DNA from: a virus
Lineage: Duplodnaviria > Caudoviricetes
Virus record (IMG/VR): IMGVR_UViG_3300020045_003608
Coordinates: 1-48,466 of that record
Length of the DNA: 48,466 bases
Direction: 5' to 3' (one strand)
The first letter of the stretch is position 1. Each line of letters begins with the position of its first letter. The notes beneath the pieces were generated by a model. The model worked only from the letters and a program-made list of their open reading frames with translations, was not told where the DNA came from and did no database searches. Shown here in pieces: positions 10,298 through 20,025 of this stretch. The position numbers were made by a program, and so were the translations under genes.

Positions 10298-11395
10298 TTA
10301 GATTGGATTACGCATAAATTGACCGTGATGTATTTTAGCAGCTTCGGTGTAGGCGTTGTGGGCGGAGAGTTCGTCATGGTAAGAACCGATGTAAATTACT
10401 TTGCTGTTTACTGCTATTTGAGAAATCCAACGTTTATTAACATTATGCCAATGGACACCTTTGTATTTTGATGAACCATCATCTCGGTTTTTACAATTCA
10501 TCATGTTTTGACCTTGAGTAACCTCTCTAAGATTACACCAACGATTATCATGTTTTATACCGTTAATGTGGTCGATTACCATAGGGTTGTTGTTTCCAGT
10601 GATTATTGTCCAAATTATTCTATGTGCTCGAACACATCCATGACCTAATAAACCCAACGTTACATATCCGCTATTTGAGTTTAAACACCCTGCTATTTTA
10701 CTAGCATATTTAGAATTAAAGGTGGCGCAACTCCTATCATTATTGTATTCATCAGGAGTCCTAATCTTCCAAGTTAATACTCCAGTTTCATGGTCGTACT
10801 GTAAATATCTATTTAGTATTTCTTGAGTTAATTCTACTTTAACCTTGGGTTTCTTTGGCGAATTCCAAACAAGCAAATGCTTATTATTTTCAGCAGATAA
10901 CCTTGCTTCAATTGCAGCCTCCTTTGTTTCAAACACTCCCAAATGATAAATTGTATTTTTAGTTGTTATAGTAGCCTTCCATTTATCGCAATTTTTAGCG
11001 TAACTAACTCCTGTTATCCCTGACAAATTATTTCTAACCAATCCCTTATTCTCAGAATTATCTCCGAGTGAAACATCTCGTAAATTATCAAATTTATTAT
11101 TAAAGCCATTTCTGTCAATATGGTCAATCACACTAATCGGGTCATTACCAGTTACTAATTTCCATATTATGCGGTGAGATAAGTAAGAGAATCCGTTAAT
11201 TTTTACCTTGCAGTATGATATAGAATTTCCACCTGCTATTTTTCCTGAACATCTTGAGTTAAAATGTGACTGACCTGCAACATTCTTAAAATGTTCTCTT
11301 GGTCGTTCTTTCCAAATTAAATCTCCAGTTTCTTTATCATAGTCAAAACACTCTAATAAAAATTCTTGTGAAGGTAACTCTTTTGCTTTAGCCAT
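10298..11395 (-). CDS. tandem HNH-AP2 homing endonuclease
   Basis: Two HNH units (HRIIW..IDHIDRNGFNNKFDNLR; HRIIW..IDHINGIKHDNRWCNLR), each followed by an AP2-like domain; start MAKAKE. Confidence 0.85.
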   Translation of the reverse strand: MAKAKELPSQEFLLECFDYDKETGDLIWKERPREHFKNVAGQSHFNSRCSGKIAGGNSISYCKVKINGFSYLSHRIIWKLVTGNDPISVIDHIDRNGFNNKFDNLRDVSLGDNSENKGLVRNNLSGITGVSYAKNCDKWKATITTKNTIYHLGVFETKEAAIEARLSAENNKHLLVWNSPKKPKVKVELTQEILNRYLQYDHETGVLTWKIRTPDEYNNDRSCATFNSKYASKIAGCLNSNSGYVTLGLLGHGCVRAHRIIWTIITGNNNPMVIDHINGIKHDNRWCNLREVTQGQNMMNCKNRDDGSSKYKGVHWHNVNKRWISQIAVNSKVIYIGSYHDELSAHNAYTEAAKIHHGQFMRNPI

Positions 11396-11577
11396 AAACG
11401 TAAAAATCCTCAATAAAATTGTAAAAAATTAGAAGGTCGAATCACCGTATAGTAGGCGTGTTGGTATTCAATTTATTCCCAACATTCTAATTTTTACAAC
11501 CTCATTGAGGATTTGTAACTATAACTCGAATTCGACCTCGATTGCAAGTATTATTTCATACTTTTACGTTTTGTCAA
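11396..11577 (-). promoter_or_regulatory. promoter plus class II structured leader
   Basis: TTGACA...AATAAT; crossing helices 11530-11538/11434-11442 versus 11504-11514/11404-11414 (RBS) and 11485-11499/11419-11434. Confidence 0.7.
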
Positions 11578-11587
11578 TGGAAATTTA

Positions 11588-11618
11588 AGATACGAGCGTA
11601 TAATACGCTCGTATCTTT
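11588..11618. terminator. hairpin downstream of terminase small subunit
   Basis: AAGATACGAGCGTA / TACGCTCGTATCTT inverted repeat. Confidence 0.55.
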
Positions 11619-11624
11619 CAAAAA

Positions 11625-12191
11625 TCAATCTTCTTCGGTTGTTACGCTTTCCAAAACTTTCTGACGTAGTTCCTGTTGCTGTTTTTGTGCAATTTTTGAG
11701 AATGTATCAATATCGATTACGTTACCATCTTCCCCAACATACACGTTGCTTTTTAAAATTCCGCCCGTGAAATCCATAGAAACCTTCGACTCCTGAACTT
11801 TATTTAACCCTTTTAATTCCGCTAATTTTGCGGCAGCTCCTGTGCGTTCGGAAGGTTTAGCTTGTTTATCGTTCATAACATCTCTGTATACATTTACAAT
11901 CTCAGCAATGTAAACCTCATCAGTATTATCTACCGACTCTAACCTATGCTTATGCGTACGAATCATATCCTGCACAAATGGTTCGGCGAGCATTTTTTTA
12001 TGATGTAATTGACTGTATGAGTAAATAAAACCGCATCTAATCAACGCCTTATAAGAATCGTTATCCTTAACGTATTCCTCAACAAATTGCTCACGGAGTT
12101 TTATTTCACGTTTTGTCAATTGACCCGGTTGCATGATAAAACTTAATTCATCATCTTCTTCTTTGTAACTATCTTCAACATAATCATTCAT
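11625..12191 (-). CDS. terS: terminase small subunit
   Basis: REQFVEEYVKDNDSYKALIRCGF...MLAEPFVQDMI...SERTGAAAKLAELKGL matches the Terminase_2 (SF6/SPP1 G1P-like) pattern; likely start MNDYVE. Confidence 0.7.
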   Translation of the reverse strand: MNDYVEDSYKEEDDELSFIMQPGQLTKREIKLREQFVEEYVKDNDSYKALIRCGFIYSYSQLHHKKMLAEPFVQDMIRTHKHRLESVDNTDEVYIAEIVNVYRDVMNDKQAKPSERTGAAAKLAELKGLNKVQESKVSMDFTGGILKSNVYVGEDGNVIDIDTFSKIAQKQQQELRQKVLESVTTEED

Positions 12192-12195
12192 ATTC

Positions 12196-14778
12196 TTAAC
12201 CCCTGGCGTATTTTTTATTAACCGCATGAGACAACTCTAAATGATTAGTTATCGCATACCCTTCACATTTCAATCCATATTTTGATTGCATTTCTTCTGC
12301 TGACATAATTCTTAAAAACCCCTCTCGTTCTAATAGTTTAAGTGATACTGAAATAAGTGTCGCTGCTGGTAACTTATTGGCTTTATTATCCGCTTTAAAC
12401 ATCGCAGTACCTCTAAGTTTAGCATTTAATGTTGTAAATACCACCGTCCCATCTAGTAAAGCAGGGTTATATCGCTGCAACGATTTATCTTTATAAATAC
12501 CTGCTTTAAGATACTCAAGTATTGCCTTTCTTACAGCGTCCATTCTATCAAAATCGTCAGCATTAGCTCCAATTTCGTGGTTATCAATTTTATCAATTAG
12601 TCGTTTTGAATCACGATTGATTAAACCGATTGCCCACAATAATTGTTCCGCTGTGATTATCGGGTCGTTTGGGTTTTCAAATGCCGCCAATGCTCCAGCA
12701 ACTCGCCATACTTTAAGTTTGCTTCTTGAGAAAGCCACTCGTTTAGCAGTGTCCACATCAGCAGTTAATCCGTGTAATACCGTCATTACAGATTTATTAT
12801 AACCGGTTAAAATTTCCTCAGCCTCAGGAGTAATCTGAATATAAGTTCTAGTATCTAAATCTTCGCACACGCGGTTAAGCATCGCGTTTAAATTATCAAT
12901 GATGCCTTGCGGTAATGGGTCTTGATGCGGTACATGATTAGATGGGCAGTAAGTACCTAATACACAGATTGTACGAGATAATGATCCATCTTCAATCATT
13001 CCCGTGTTGAATACTTTATTTAAGTCACCCTCTGTGGTATCGCCCATTGTTGAATATGAAGGTTCTATCACACCAGCAATAGACTTCTCTTCTTGGTTTT
13101 TTGAGTGTCCTGCTCGTAGATAATCACCATACAATCTACCTACATGAGTAGAGTTATATAAATCGAGATATTCTTCAATAATACCTTGAGCATTCTTATC
13201 ACCTGTCACTGCCGCGTTTAATTTCTTTGAAAACTCAGGTACATAATGAATTACACTCAGATACTTAGAACTGATAATCATCTCTCTAAGTGCATTCACA
13301 GAGGCAATTTTATGACCAATGCGTAAGAAATCTTCAATCCGCTTGTCTATTGCTGCGTTAGTACGCAAGAATCCAAATCCATCAGAAATAACGTCTTTTC
13401 CGATACCAGATAATCCCATTAGAATGTATTGCTGGTTTATACCAGTCGGAGCAAGCGCGTTGATTTTATAATGTCTGCCTGCAATACCAGCAACTAAACC
13501 TAACGCATGGACAATAGATCCTTCGACTAATGGTAAGGTGCATTTGTAGCACACCCATTTAGCATATTCACCAATTAACCCAGGTGGAAAATCCAATAGA
13601 TTTTCAGTACCTATGTCAAATAAATTAGGATTGCATCCGAGAATGTGCGTCAAATCAGGCGGGGTTAAATCCTCAATTGAACCTGTAGCAACTCTGGTTT
13701 TTATTAAGCCTACGGGTTTTTTAGATTTAGCAGATTCTGCGTCAGCCGCGTTTCCTTTTCGCATCATAGTTAACGCAGATGTCATCAATTCAGATTCTTT
13801 GGTTTCATAATCGATAGTACCGCGTATCTCTTCCAATGTAGTGCGTAAGTAAGAATTACGCTTTGCTTTTGGGCGTTTACCTAAATTAGATTCTCTAAAT
13901 AGCCGAATCACCTGTTCATTATTCGGAGTCAATTTACACAGTTGCATAAGCAACGCATAATCTGCTTCGGATTGTGAAAAGTAGGTGTTAGACGACCATT
14001 GTTTAGCTGAGTTATTAAATTTTGCACCAGATGGTGCGTATTTATAATCCCAAAGTTGCTTACAAAAAGTAATTTTAGAAAGATTACTTATCACAGTAGC
14101 ATCTTCATCAACCTGTGGTCTATCAACTAATTGTGATTTAGTGCTATCTGACGATATGTCTTTGTCAATTAGTCTTTCTACAATTGAGTTTTTATACGAG
14201 CAAATTTGCACATTAGTATCAATGGAGTCGCCTGTACACACGATGTAGTGATTCGCACTGTATAGTTCAATTCCGTCAATCAACACCTCATTGTCATCAC
14301 GCAACTTTAGTTTTTTAGAGGCTCCTGCCGTAGCTTTGCACCAAATGTGCATATCGATACCACTAGCAGAAATCTCAGCGTAAGTAGGTGAATTATCTAA
14401 TAATGTCTTTTTTACTAACTGATGGAAATTCCACTTTGCTTGTTTATAAGCGTCGTTGTCGATTTCATCTTCTGTGAATCGTGTATCGATGTCAATGCAG
14501 CAGAACGGGTCGGTATACCACAGGAAGAATACGATATTTCCGTTGTTAGTGATGGCGTTGTTCACAGCTTCTTTATAAGACATCCATGTGTATGGATTAT
14601 TTGATTCTGCATATTGCGTGTTACCTTGTTGATTCACAAATAGAGCTATTTTACTGTTAGTTTTTGTGAATCCCCACTGGGGTAATTCTCGCATATCGTG
14701 CGGGAGGTTATCGAATTTACTTCTGCGCTCTGCTTCAGAAGGTGTTTTTTTAACACTTAGGTAGTCATTTAGCTTCAT
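12196..14778 (-). CDS. primase-polymerase fused to helicase-like domain (NrS-1-like N-terminus, DUF3987-like C-terminus)
   Basis: CIDID, YAEISASG..MHIW, IELYS..HYIVCTG; helix-bundle SQSEADYAL..EQVIRLFRES; P-loop-like GLSGIGKD; likely start MKLNDY. Confidence 0.82.
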   Translation of the reverse strand: MKLNDYLSVKKTPSEAERRSKFDNLPHDMRELPQWGFTKTNSKIALFVNQQGNTQYAESNNPYTWMSYKEAVNNAITNNGNIVFFLWYTDPFCCIDIDTRFTEDEIDNDAYKQAKWNFHQLVKKTLLDNSPTYAEISASGIDMHIWCKATAGASKKLKLRDDNEVLIDGIELYSANHYIVCTGDSIDTNVQICSYKNSIVERLIDKDISSDSTKSQLVDRPQVDEDATVISNLSKITFCKQLWDYKYAPSGAKFNNSAKQWSSNTYFSQSEADYALLMQLCKLTPNNEQVIRLFRESNLGKRPKAKRNSYLRTTLEEIRGTIDYETKESELMTSALTMMRKGNAADAESAKSKKPVGLIKTRVATGSIEDLTPPDLTHILGCNPNLFDIGTENLLDFPPGLIGEYAKWVCYKCTLPLVEGSIVHALGLVAGIAGRHYKINALAPTGINQQYILMGLSGIGKDVISDGFGFLRTNAAIDKRIEDFLRIGHKIASVNALREMIISSKYLSVIHYVPEFSKKLNAAVTGDKNAQGIIEEYLDLYNSTHVGRLYGDYLRAGHSKNQEEKSIAGVIEPSYSTMGDTTEGDLNKVFNTGMIEDGSLSRTICVLGTYCPSNHVPHQDPLPQGIIDNLNAMLNRVCEDLDTRTYIQITPEAEEILTGYNKSVMTVLHGLTADVDTAKRVAFSRSKLKVWRVAGALAAFENPNDPIITAEQLLWAIGLINRDSKRLIDKIDNHEIGANADDFDRMDAVRKAILEYLKAGIYKDKSLQRYNPALLDGTVVFTTLNAKLRGTAMFKADNKANKLPAATLISVSLKLLEREGFLRIMSAEEMQSKYGLKCEGYAITNHLELSHAVNKKYARG

Positions 14779-15061
14779 GTGAGTCCTCTTTGTCAAGTTG
14801 GCTTGTGGTTGTTTCATCAGGATGATTGGTGATATTAGGCTCATCGGTATCTGATGCTACATCATTGGATACTTGGGAATTTTCAATTAAACCTAAGCCA
14901 TTAGTCACAGTGCCTAATTCAGCTAGGTATGCTTGTAGGTCGATCATTGATAAACCTAAGTGTTTACGAATTAAGGTAAATTTATCGTAATCGGACAATC
15001 TTATTCTTACGTTAGCATACAAAGTTGGCGGTGCTTTTTTAAATTTGGAAGGGTCAATCAC
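14765..15061 (-). CDS. small putative DNA-binding protein (RHH-like)
   Basis: YANVRIRLSDYDKFTLIRKHLGLSMIDL; first gene after the TTGCAA...TATAAT promoter at about 15095-15123. Confidence 0.45.
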   Translation of the reverse strand: MIDPSKFKKAPPTLYANVRIRLSDYDKFTLIRKHLGLSMIDLQAYLAELGTVTNGLGLIENSQVSNDVASDTDEPNITNHPDETTTSQLDKEDSHEAK

Positions 15062-15129
15062 AATTTGTTACTCCGAGTTATTTAAAGAAACCAAATTATA
15101 TCACAGTGGATTTGATATTGCAACCAGAA

Positions 15130-15850
15130 ATAGTAAATAATTTACATATATTAACCACAGATAGTGAATACAGCTTATCTATGTGATTTACAGTTACTGC
15201 ATACACCTATTGCAGATGGTTACATATTGTTATTACAGTTTATGTGGAATGTTTACAGATAATTATTACACATTATGTATATGCTTACATATAGTGTTTA
15301 CAGATTAGGTATATGTATTCATATTTAATTCACATATTATGTATACTGCTTGCTTTTATTGATAATTACAAGTTGTTCCAACTTATATTTTGTCGTTACA
15401 CCTCATGACACCAGTGACTACGCGGTCTGAGGTCACATTTATAGCGTTACTTATGATGTTGTAAGACCCCTAAGAGAAAATGAAAGGGTATGTATACAAA
15501 TACTGTATACATAAATAATCGTTACAAGCATTACTGAAATGGAAGAGTGTTATTACGGGCTGGAGACCAGGTAGTTTCGCGGGCTGAGGGCATATTTATA
15601 GTGTTACTTGTGTAGGTGTAAGACCCCCTAAGGGAGGAAGAAAGAGGGTGTATACAAAACCTGTATACATAGGTGATTTTAGGTTTATAAGTCATTGATA
15701 AATAAGGGAATTAAAAAAAAACTCCTTATAAATCAATAGGTTACAAAATAGAGGTATTCACTAGGTATTATACAAATATATATATTATTATTATATATAT
15801 TATTGTTTTATATAGAGATTTTAGGTGTAATGACCATGATTACAAATTAT
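15130..15850. other. putative replication origin
   Basis: Non-coding, beside the primase operon; many TTACA pentamers, two ~93-bp direct repeats, an inverted repeat at 15688-15744 and a near-pure A/T tract at 15774-15804. Confidence 0.55.
15421..15671 (+). repeat. two imperfect ~93-bp direct repeats
   Basis: 15421-15513 vs 15578-15671: CGCGG.CTGAGG.CA..TTTATAG.GTTACTT...TGTAAGACCCC.TAAG...TGTATACAAA..CTGTATACATA. Confidence 0.85.
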
Positions 15851-16062
15851 CCCGATTATGACCTGTAGCCTAGAAAAATCGATTTTTTTTGAAGTGCCTC
15901 AAAGCCACGAAGTTACCTGGGCTTGGTGCCAAAAAAACTCAACTTGCAACAATTTTCGTTACAAGCTATGACACCGAGCCTTACAGGAGACTTTGTTGCC
16001 AAAACGTACTACATCAGCTACAATTCATCTCGCAATCTTGCAAATCTTCAGGAGTCATTACT

Positions 16063-16236
16063 GTGAATACTCAAAATCTAAGCAAACACTCAGCCGCAAT
16101 CCTGTTAGGCGGTACCACCTGGAGTCACCTAATGCGTGAGATTAACGAAGCTAAGTTATGTGATGAATCCTATATGCGCTTAACTGTGCGTCCTACCGGA
16201 GCCGGGTTTGGTTATCGTGTGTATTTACCACTGTGA
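16063..16236 (+). CDS. possible small hypothetical protein
   Basis: GTG start 8 nt after AGGAG, inside ORF 15889-16236. Confidence 0.35.
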   Translation: MNTQNLSKHSAAILLGGTTWSHLMREINEAKLCDESYMRLTVRPTGAGFGYRVYLPL

Positions 16237-16295
16237 CGCAACTAGGCTATGTGGCTATCTGTGATTGGGAGGTTGAGTATTGTGTTTGAATAGGC

Positions 16296-16836
16296 AAAAT
16301 ATGCGATTTAAGGCACCTTAGCAGCACGAAAACACCGTGATCTATACGATTGCATTACCTGTGCAATCAGCGTGGCTTAAATCGCGAGTTTGTTTCTAGG
16401 TAGCAGTATTAGTTGTGTGGATAAATTCTTAGGTTATTACCAAACCTATACCAACACATAGGTTTTAGATTCAATGTGACGAAACCACATAGAACTATTG
16501 AACGAAACGCTTGATATTTTGATTCTTAGGCGGTATTCCTGAGCAGAAGCTAAAGTTATAGGTAAATATAGCTCAAATATGCGTTTTAAGGCACTTCTAA
16601 GGCTCGGAAACTAAAAACCTATGCGTTGGTATCACTCTGGTAGAATAATCGCTTAGAAACTCACCCTAGTGTTGCAATCCTGAAAATGCACAAGTGGTCA
16701 TTGCAGAATCCACCTAGGATTTGAAATCTACTCTATGGCAACTGTGATAATGCCTAAAATTCGCGTTTTAAGGGTATTCTAAGGCTGCCAAATGACATTA
16801 CCTAGGTGTGAGTATCGGTTAGGTTATTTGCGTGGT
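16296..16836 (+). repeat. three degenerate ~85-90 bp repeats (fourth copy at about 18930-19015)
   Basis: AAATATGCGATTTAAGGCAC / AAATATGCGTTTTAAGGCAC / AAAATTCGCGTTTTAAGGGTA starts at about 16296, 16575, 16756. Confidence 0.6.
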
Positions 16837-16868
16837 ATAGTGAGCTTAGTTTTAATTATATTATTTAC

Positions 16869-17070
16869 TTGACAATCGACAGTGTTTGTGTATAATACGC
16901 AACTGTCAGCAATGTTTTGTTGACGCCTGAGTGGTATCAGGTATACTAATCATAACAATCACAGTTTCCTTAGAAATAAGGGTTTATAGAGACGCTGAAA
17001 GGCGCAGATTTTGTTATGATTAGTCTGATACCACACTCCGTAAACCCTTAATTTTAAGGAAATTTTTATT
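16869..17070 (+). promoter_or_regulatory. promoter plus class II structured leader
   Basis: TTGACA...TGTGTATAAT; helices 16929-16958/17011-17038 cross 16965-16986/17041-17062, which covers the TAAGGA RBS. Confidence 0.78.
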
Positions 17071-17825
17071 ATGTCTAATTTACAAGTTTTTAATTTTGAT
17101 TCAGCAACAGTTGTCCGCACCTCGTTAGTAGATGGTGATGTTTAGTTTTTAGCCTCTGATATATCCGATTCTTTAGGTTATTCTGAAACATCTAAGGCTT
17201 TAGCATGGTGTAAACGAGCGACCTCTCAGGGCGATGTTAATAAAATCAATGATTTACATCCATCGTTGAAATGGATTCCTGAATCTGATATGTTCCGATT
17301 GATTATGAAGTCTACGAAACCAGAAGCTGAGAAGTTCCAGGACTGGATTTGTGAATCAGTTTTACCCTCAATCCGCAAAACAGGCTCATATTCTATCAAC
17401 AAAAACCAGACATTGAGGAAACAATTAAAGAAATGAATCTCCAGATGCGATTACTAACCTCACTTGGAAAAGCCAAAGATTACGAATTGGGTATGTTGAT
17501 GTTCGAGGAAGAAATGGGCTATCACCCAACTATTTTCTTACCTAGTCAGAAAACAATGACTTTCGATGAAAAACGTACCAAGATTCTCAACGCAGTGTCG
17601 CATATTTTAACCAACGGTAACTCTAGGGATTGTGATAAATTTAACGTATTGGCAATTGATGGCATTGTGACATTCACCGCTTTAAATTCGAGACTTAGAG
17701 GAATTGCTATTTTCAAAGGCGTTGATTTTAAATACCACGTTGAACGATTAGTAAATTCAGGAGATTTAATCAAAGTTGATTTAACTGAGTATGGTTTTAA
17801 GGCTGAAGGTTATCGATTAGGCTGA
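17071..17825 (+). pseudogene. BRO-N protein fused to a primase C-terminal-like domain; in-frame TAG and 1-nt frameshift
   Basis: Hand translation MSNLQVFNFD...DGDV*FLASDI...IPESDMFRLIMKSTKPEAEKFQDWICESVLPSIRKTGSYS; TAG at 17143 where BRO-N has Trp; joins ORF 17433 by a -1 shift at A5 17401-17405. Confidence 0.8.
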
Positions 17826-17871
17826 TCTCCCAAAAGAAGGTCAGTCAATCCCTAGCCTTCTAATTAAAACC

Positions 17872-18022
17872 TTGACTCACGCACTAAACTGTGATTTAAT
17901 ACCCACAGATGTTTTAAGTATGTGAGTACCAGTCATGATAGCTTAAAACATTTTATTTAACTCAATGGATAACGTACTGGTACTACGCTTGAAGTTGGGT
18001 TTTTTAATTTAAGGAGATTACA
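17872..18022 (+). promoter_or_regulatory. promoter plus class III (loop-loop/terminator) leader
   Basis: TTGACT-17-TTTAAT; AGTACCAGT (17925-17933) complementary to ACTGGTACT (17976-17984); U-tract at 18000-18005. Confidence 0.65.
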
Positions 18023-18799
18023 ATGCAACAGTTAGACATTTTACAGTTCAACAACAACGAAATTCGCAAAGTTATCGATAATGATAACAACACATGGTTT
18101 GTAGCTAAAGATATTTGCGAAGGATTATTTATCAGCAACGTTAGTGATGCACTTACTAAACTTGATGAGGATGAAAAGAGCGATATAGTTTTAACCGATA
18201 CCGCAGGTAGACCTAATAAATTCACCATTGTGAATGAATCTGGGATGTATGGGTTAACTATGTCATCGAGAAAGAAAGAAGCCCGTGAGTTTAAGAAATG
18301 GCTACGTTCCGAAGTTTTACCGAGTATTCGTAAAACAGGTAGTTACTCATTACCTAATGTAATTACCGCAGTAGATAACCTACCAACACCTCGCTCACAG
18401 GCTATTACTGTGATTAAAGAATGTTTGGAATTGACAAGTTTGTTTAATATCCCTGAGCATATTTCACAGGTAGAAGCTGTTAAGCAAGCTCAAGATGAAA
18501 CTGGGTATGATGCGTCACCGATGTTAAAATTAGCTCCTGCTCAACAGAACGTGGCTAAAGAAGTTATCATGTTAGAGCCTACTCCGCTTAGTAAGCATTT
18601 CGGTTTATCCGCCATTACTATGAATAAATATCTTGAGGAGTTAGGGTTGCAGCACAAGGTATTAGACAACTGGCATCCAATGGCAGAAGGTATCGCAATG
18701 TCGGCTATCAACCATTGGAAAAATAATTACGGTTCTAAAGACGGATACAATTATCGCTGGAATTTGACGATGTTGAAAGAATTTATTGCTAATAGGTAA
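18023..18799 (+). CDS. BRO-N antirepressor-like protein with KilA-C/ANT-like C-terminus
   Basis: TWFVAKDIC, VNESGMYGL..SRKKEAREFKKWLRSEVLPSIRKTGSY. Confidence 0.88.
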   Translation: MQQLDILQFNNNEIRKVIDNDNNTWFVAKDICEGLFISNVSDALTKLDEDEKSDIVLTDTAGRPNKFTIVNESGMYGLTMSSRKKEAREFKKWLRSEVLPSIRKTGSYSLPNVITAVDNLPTPRSQAITVIKECLELTSLFNIPEHISQVEAVKQAQDETGYDASPMLKLAPAQQNVAKEVIMLEPTPLSKHFGLSAITMNKYLEELGLQHKVLDNWHPMAEGIAMSAINHWKNNYGSKDGYNYRWNLTMLKEFIANR

Positions 18800-19137
18800 T
18801 TGGGTAGTTTACGAACCGACCTTCCAACTTAACTGTGACAAAGCTGCGTACGAGTATCTTGCACCACCACCACTGTGAATTTGTTTAGGGTAGTTTAATC
18901 GCTACCCTAAATATCACTAGCATTATACCAAATAACACGTTTTACAGCCCCATAGTTAAACGCAATCATGTTAAGCTATACGATTGCGTTGCCTGTTAAA
19001 CTAAACGCCTTGAATGAGGAGAATTGACATGATTAAGCATTACTCAACAACACAGACAATTAAAACTTGACTTAGGCTGTACAACAATTTAAAATATTTC
19101 CGAGTTAGGAAGACCTAGCTTACTTTTGGAGAATAGT

Positions 19138-19993
19138 ATGAAAATCAAAATGAAACACAAGTACATGTCGCGCGGTGGGTTGAAAGTCACGCTGGATTGC
19201 ATTGAAGTCGATTCGTCAAGTGACTATGTGGTTAAAGGGACTTTAAATGGCATGCAACGGGCTAGTTGGGACATTCGAGGTAGGTGGTCAACTACCGCCA
19301 CGTCTGACTTTGACCTTGTGAGAATCATCACGCTAGATAACAAATATGCTAAGGCATTCAGCGAGTTACCTAGTGGGTACGATTGGCTTGCGATGGATAA
19401 GAATGACGATTGGTTTGCATATATAAGAAAACCCGACGCTAGTCAATGTAGCTGGGTAACTGGTAGCATTGGTATGCCTGAATATATCAACCTACCACCT
19501 GTCAAAAACTGGAAGTGGTCATTGAGAAAGCGCGAGGATTACATTGTGAATTCTGGTGAGGCTATATCAGAGTCGCACTCTTGCGATGACATTAAACTGG
19601 AAGTTGGTAAGAATACATCAGAAACGATGGCGAGGTAATTAGTATCGTGAGGAGCAGACCAACAGCTGATAGCAACAAGATTGTTTATACAGACGATACT
19701 CCACATAAGTGGTGTTATTGGGAAAATGGTAGGTTCTGCGGACGTGAAGGTGTTAATGCACCTTATCACATTAAAAGTGAGTATGTTGGAGCTACTGACA
19801 AATCAACCTGACCGACACATACAAAACACGCAGTGGTCTAACTGTGCGTATAGTATCGATTAGTGAAGGTGGTGATTTTCCAGTGTTAGTTGCGATTAAG
19901 GAGGATTACGGTTGGGTGCTAGTTAGTTACTGTGCGAATGGGGACTATTCCTGTACTGTGGTTAGTAGTGAATATGATTTGGTGAAGGTGTAG
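19138..19993 (+). pseudogene. modular repeat-domain protein split by two 1-nt frameshifts
   Basis: After LEVGK the frame resumes YIRNDGEVISI..., then INLTDTYKTRSGLTVRIV...YDLVKV; same domain type as 805-1656. Confidence 0.6.
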
Positions 19994-20025
19994 GTAAGCT
20001 AAGAGCTGGTAAACAGATATTTATC

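Noticed and set aside
15130-15671. Repeats in the large intergenic region as a CRISPR array
   Set aside because: Only pentamers and two long imperfect repeats; no constant 25-40 bp repeat with regular spacing.
17143-17145. In-frame TAG as evidence of stop-codon recoding or a suppressor tRNA
   Set aside because: Other genes end normally in TAG (e.g. 401, 6962, 36429, 42078), long genes have no internal TAG, and the tRNA anticodons are GTT and TTG. A TGG-to-TAG mutation is simpler.
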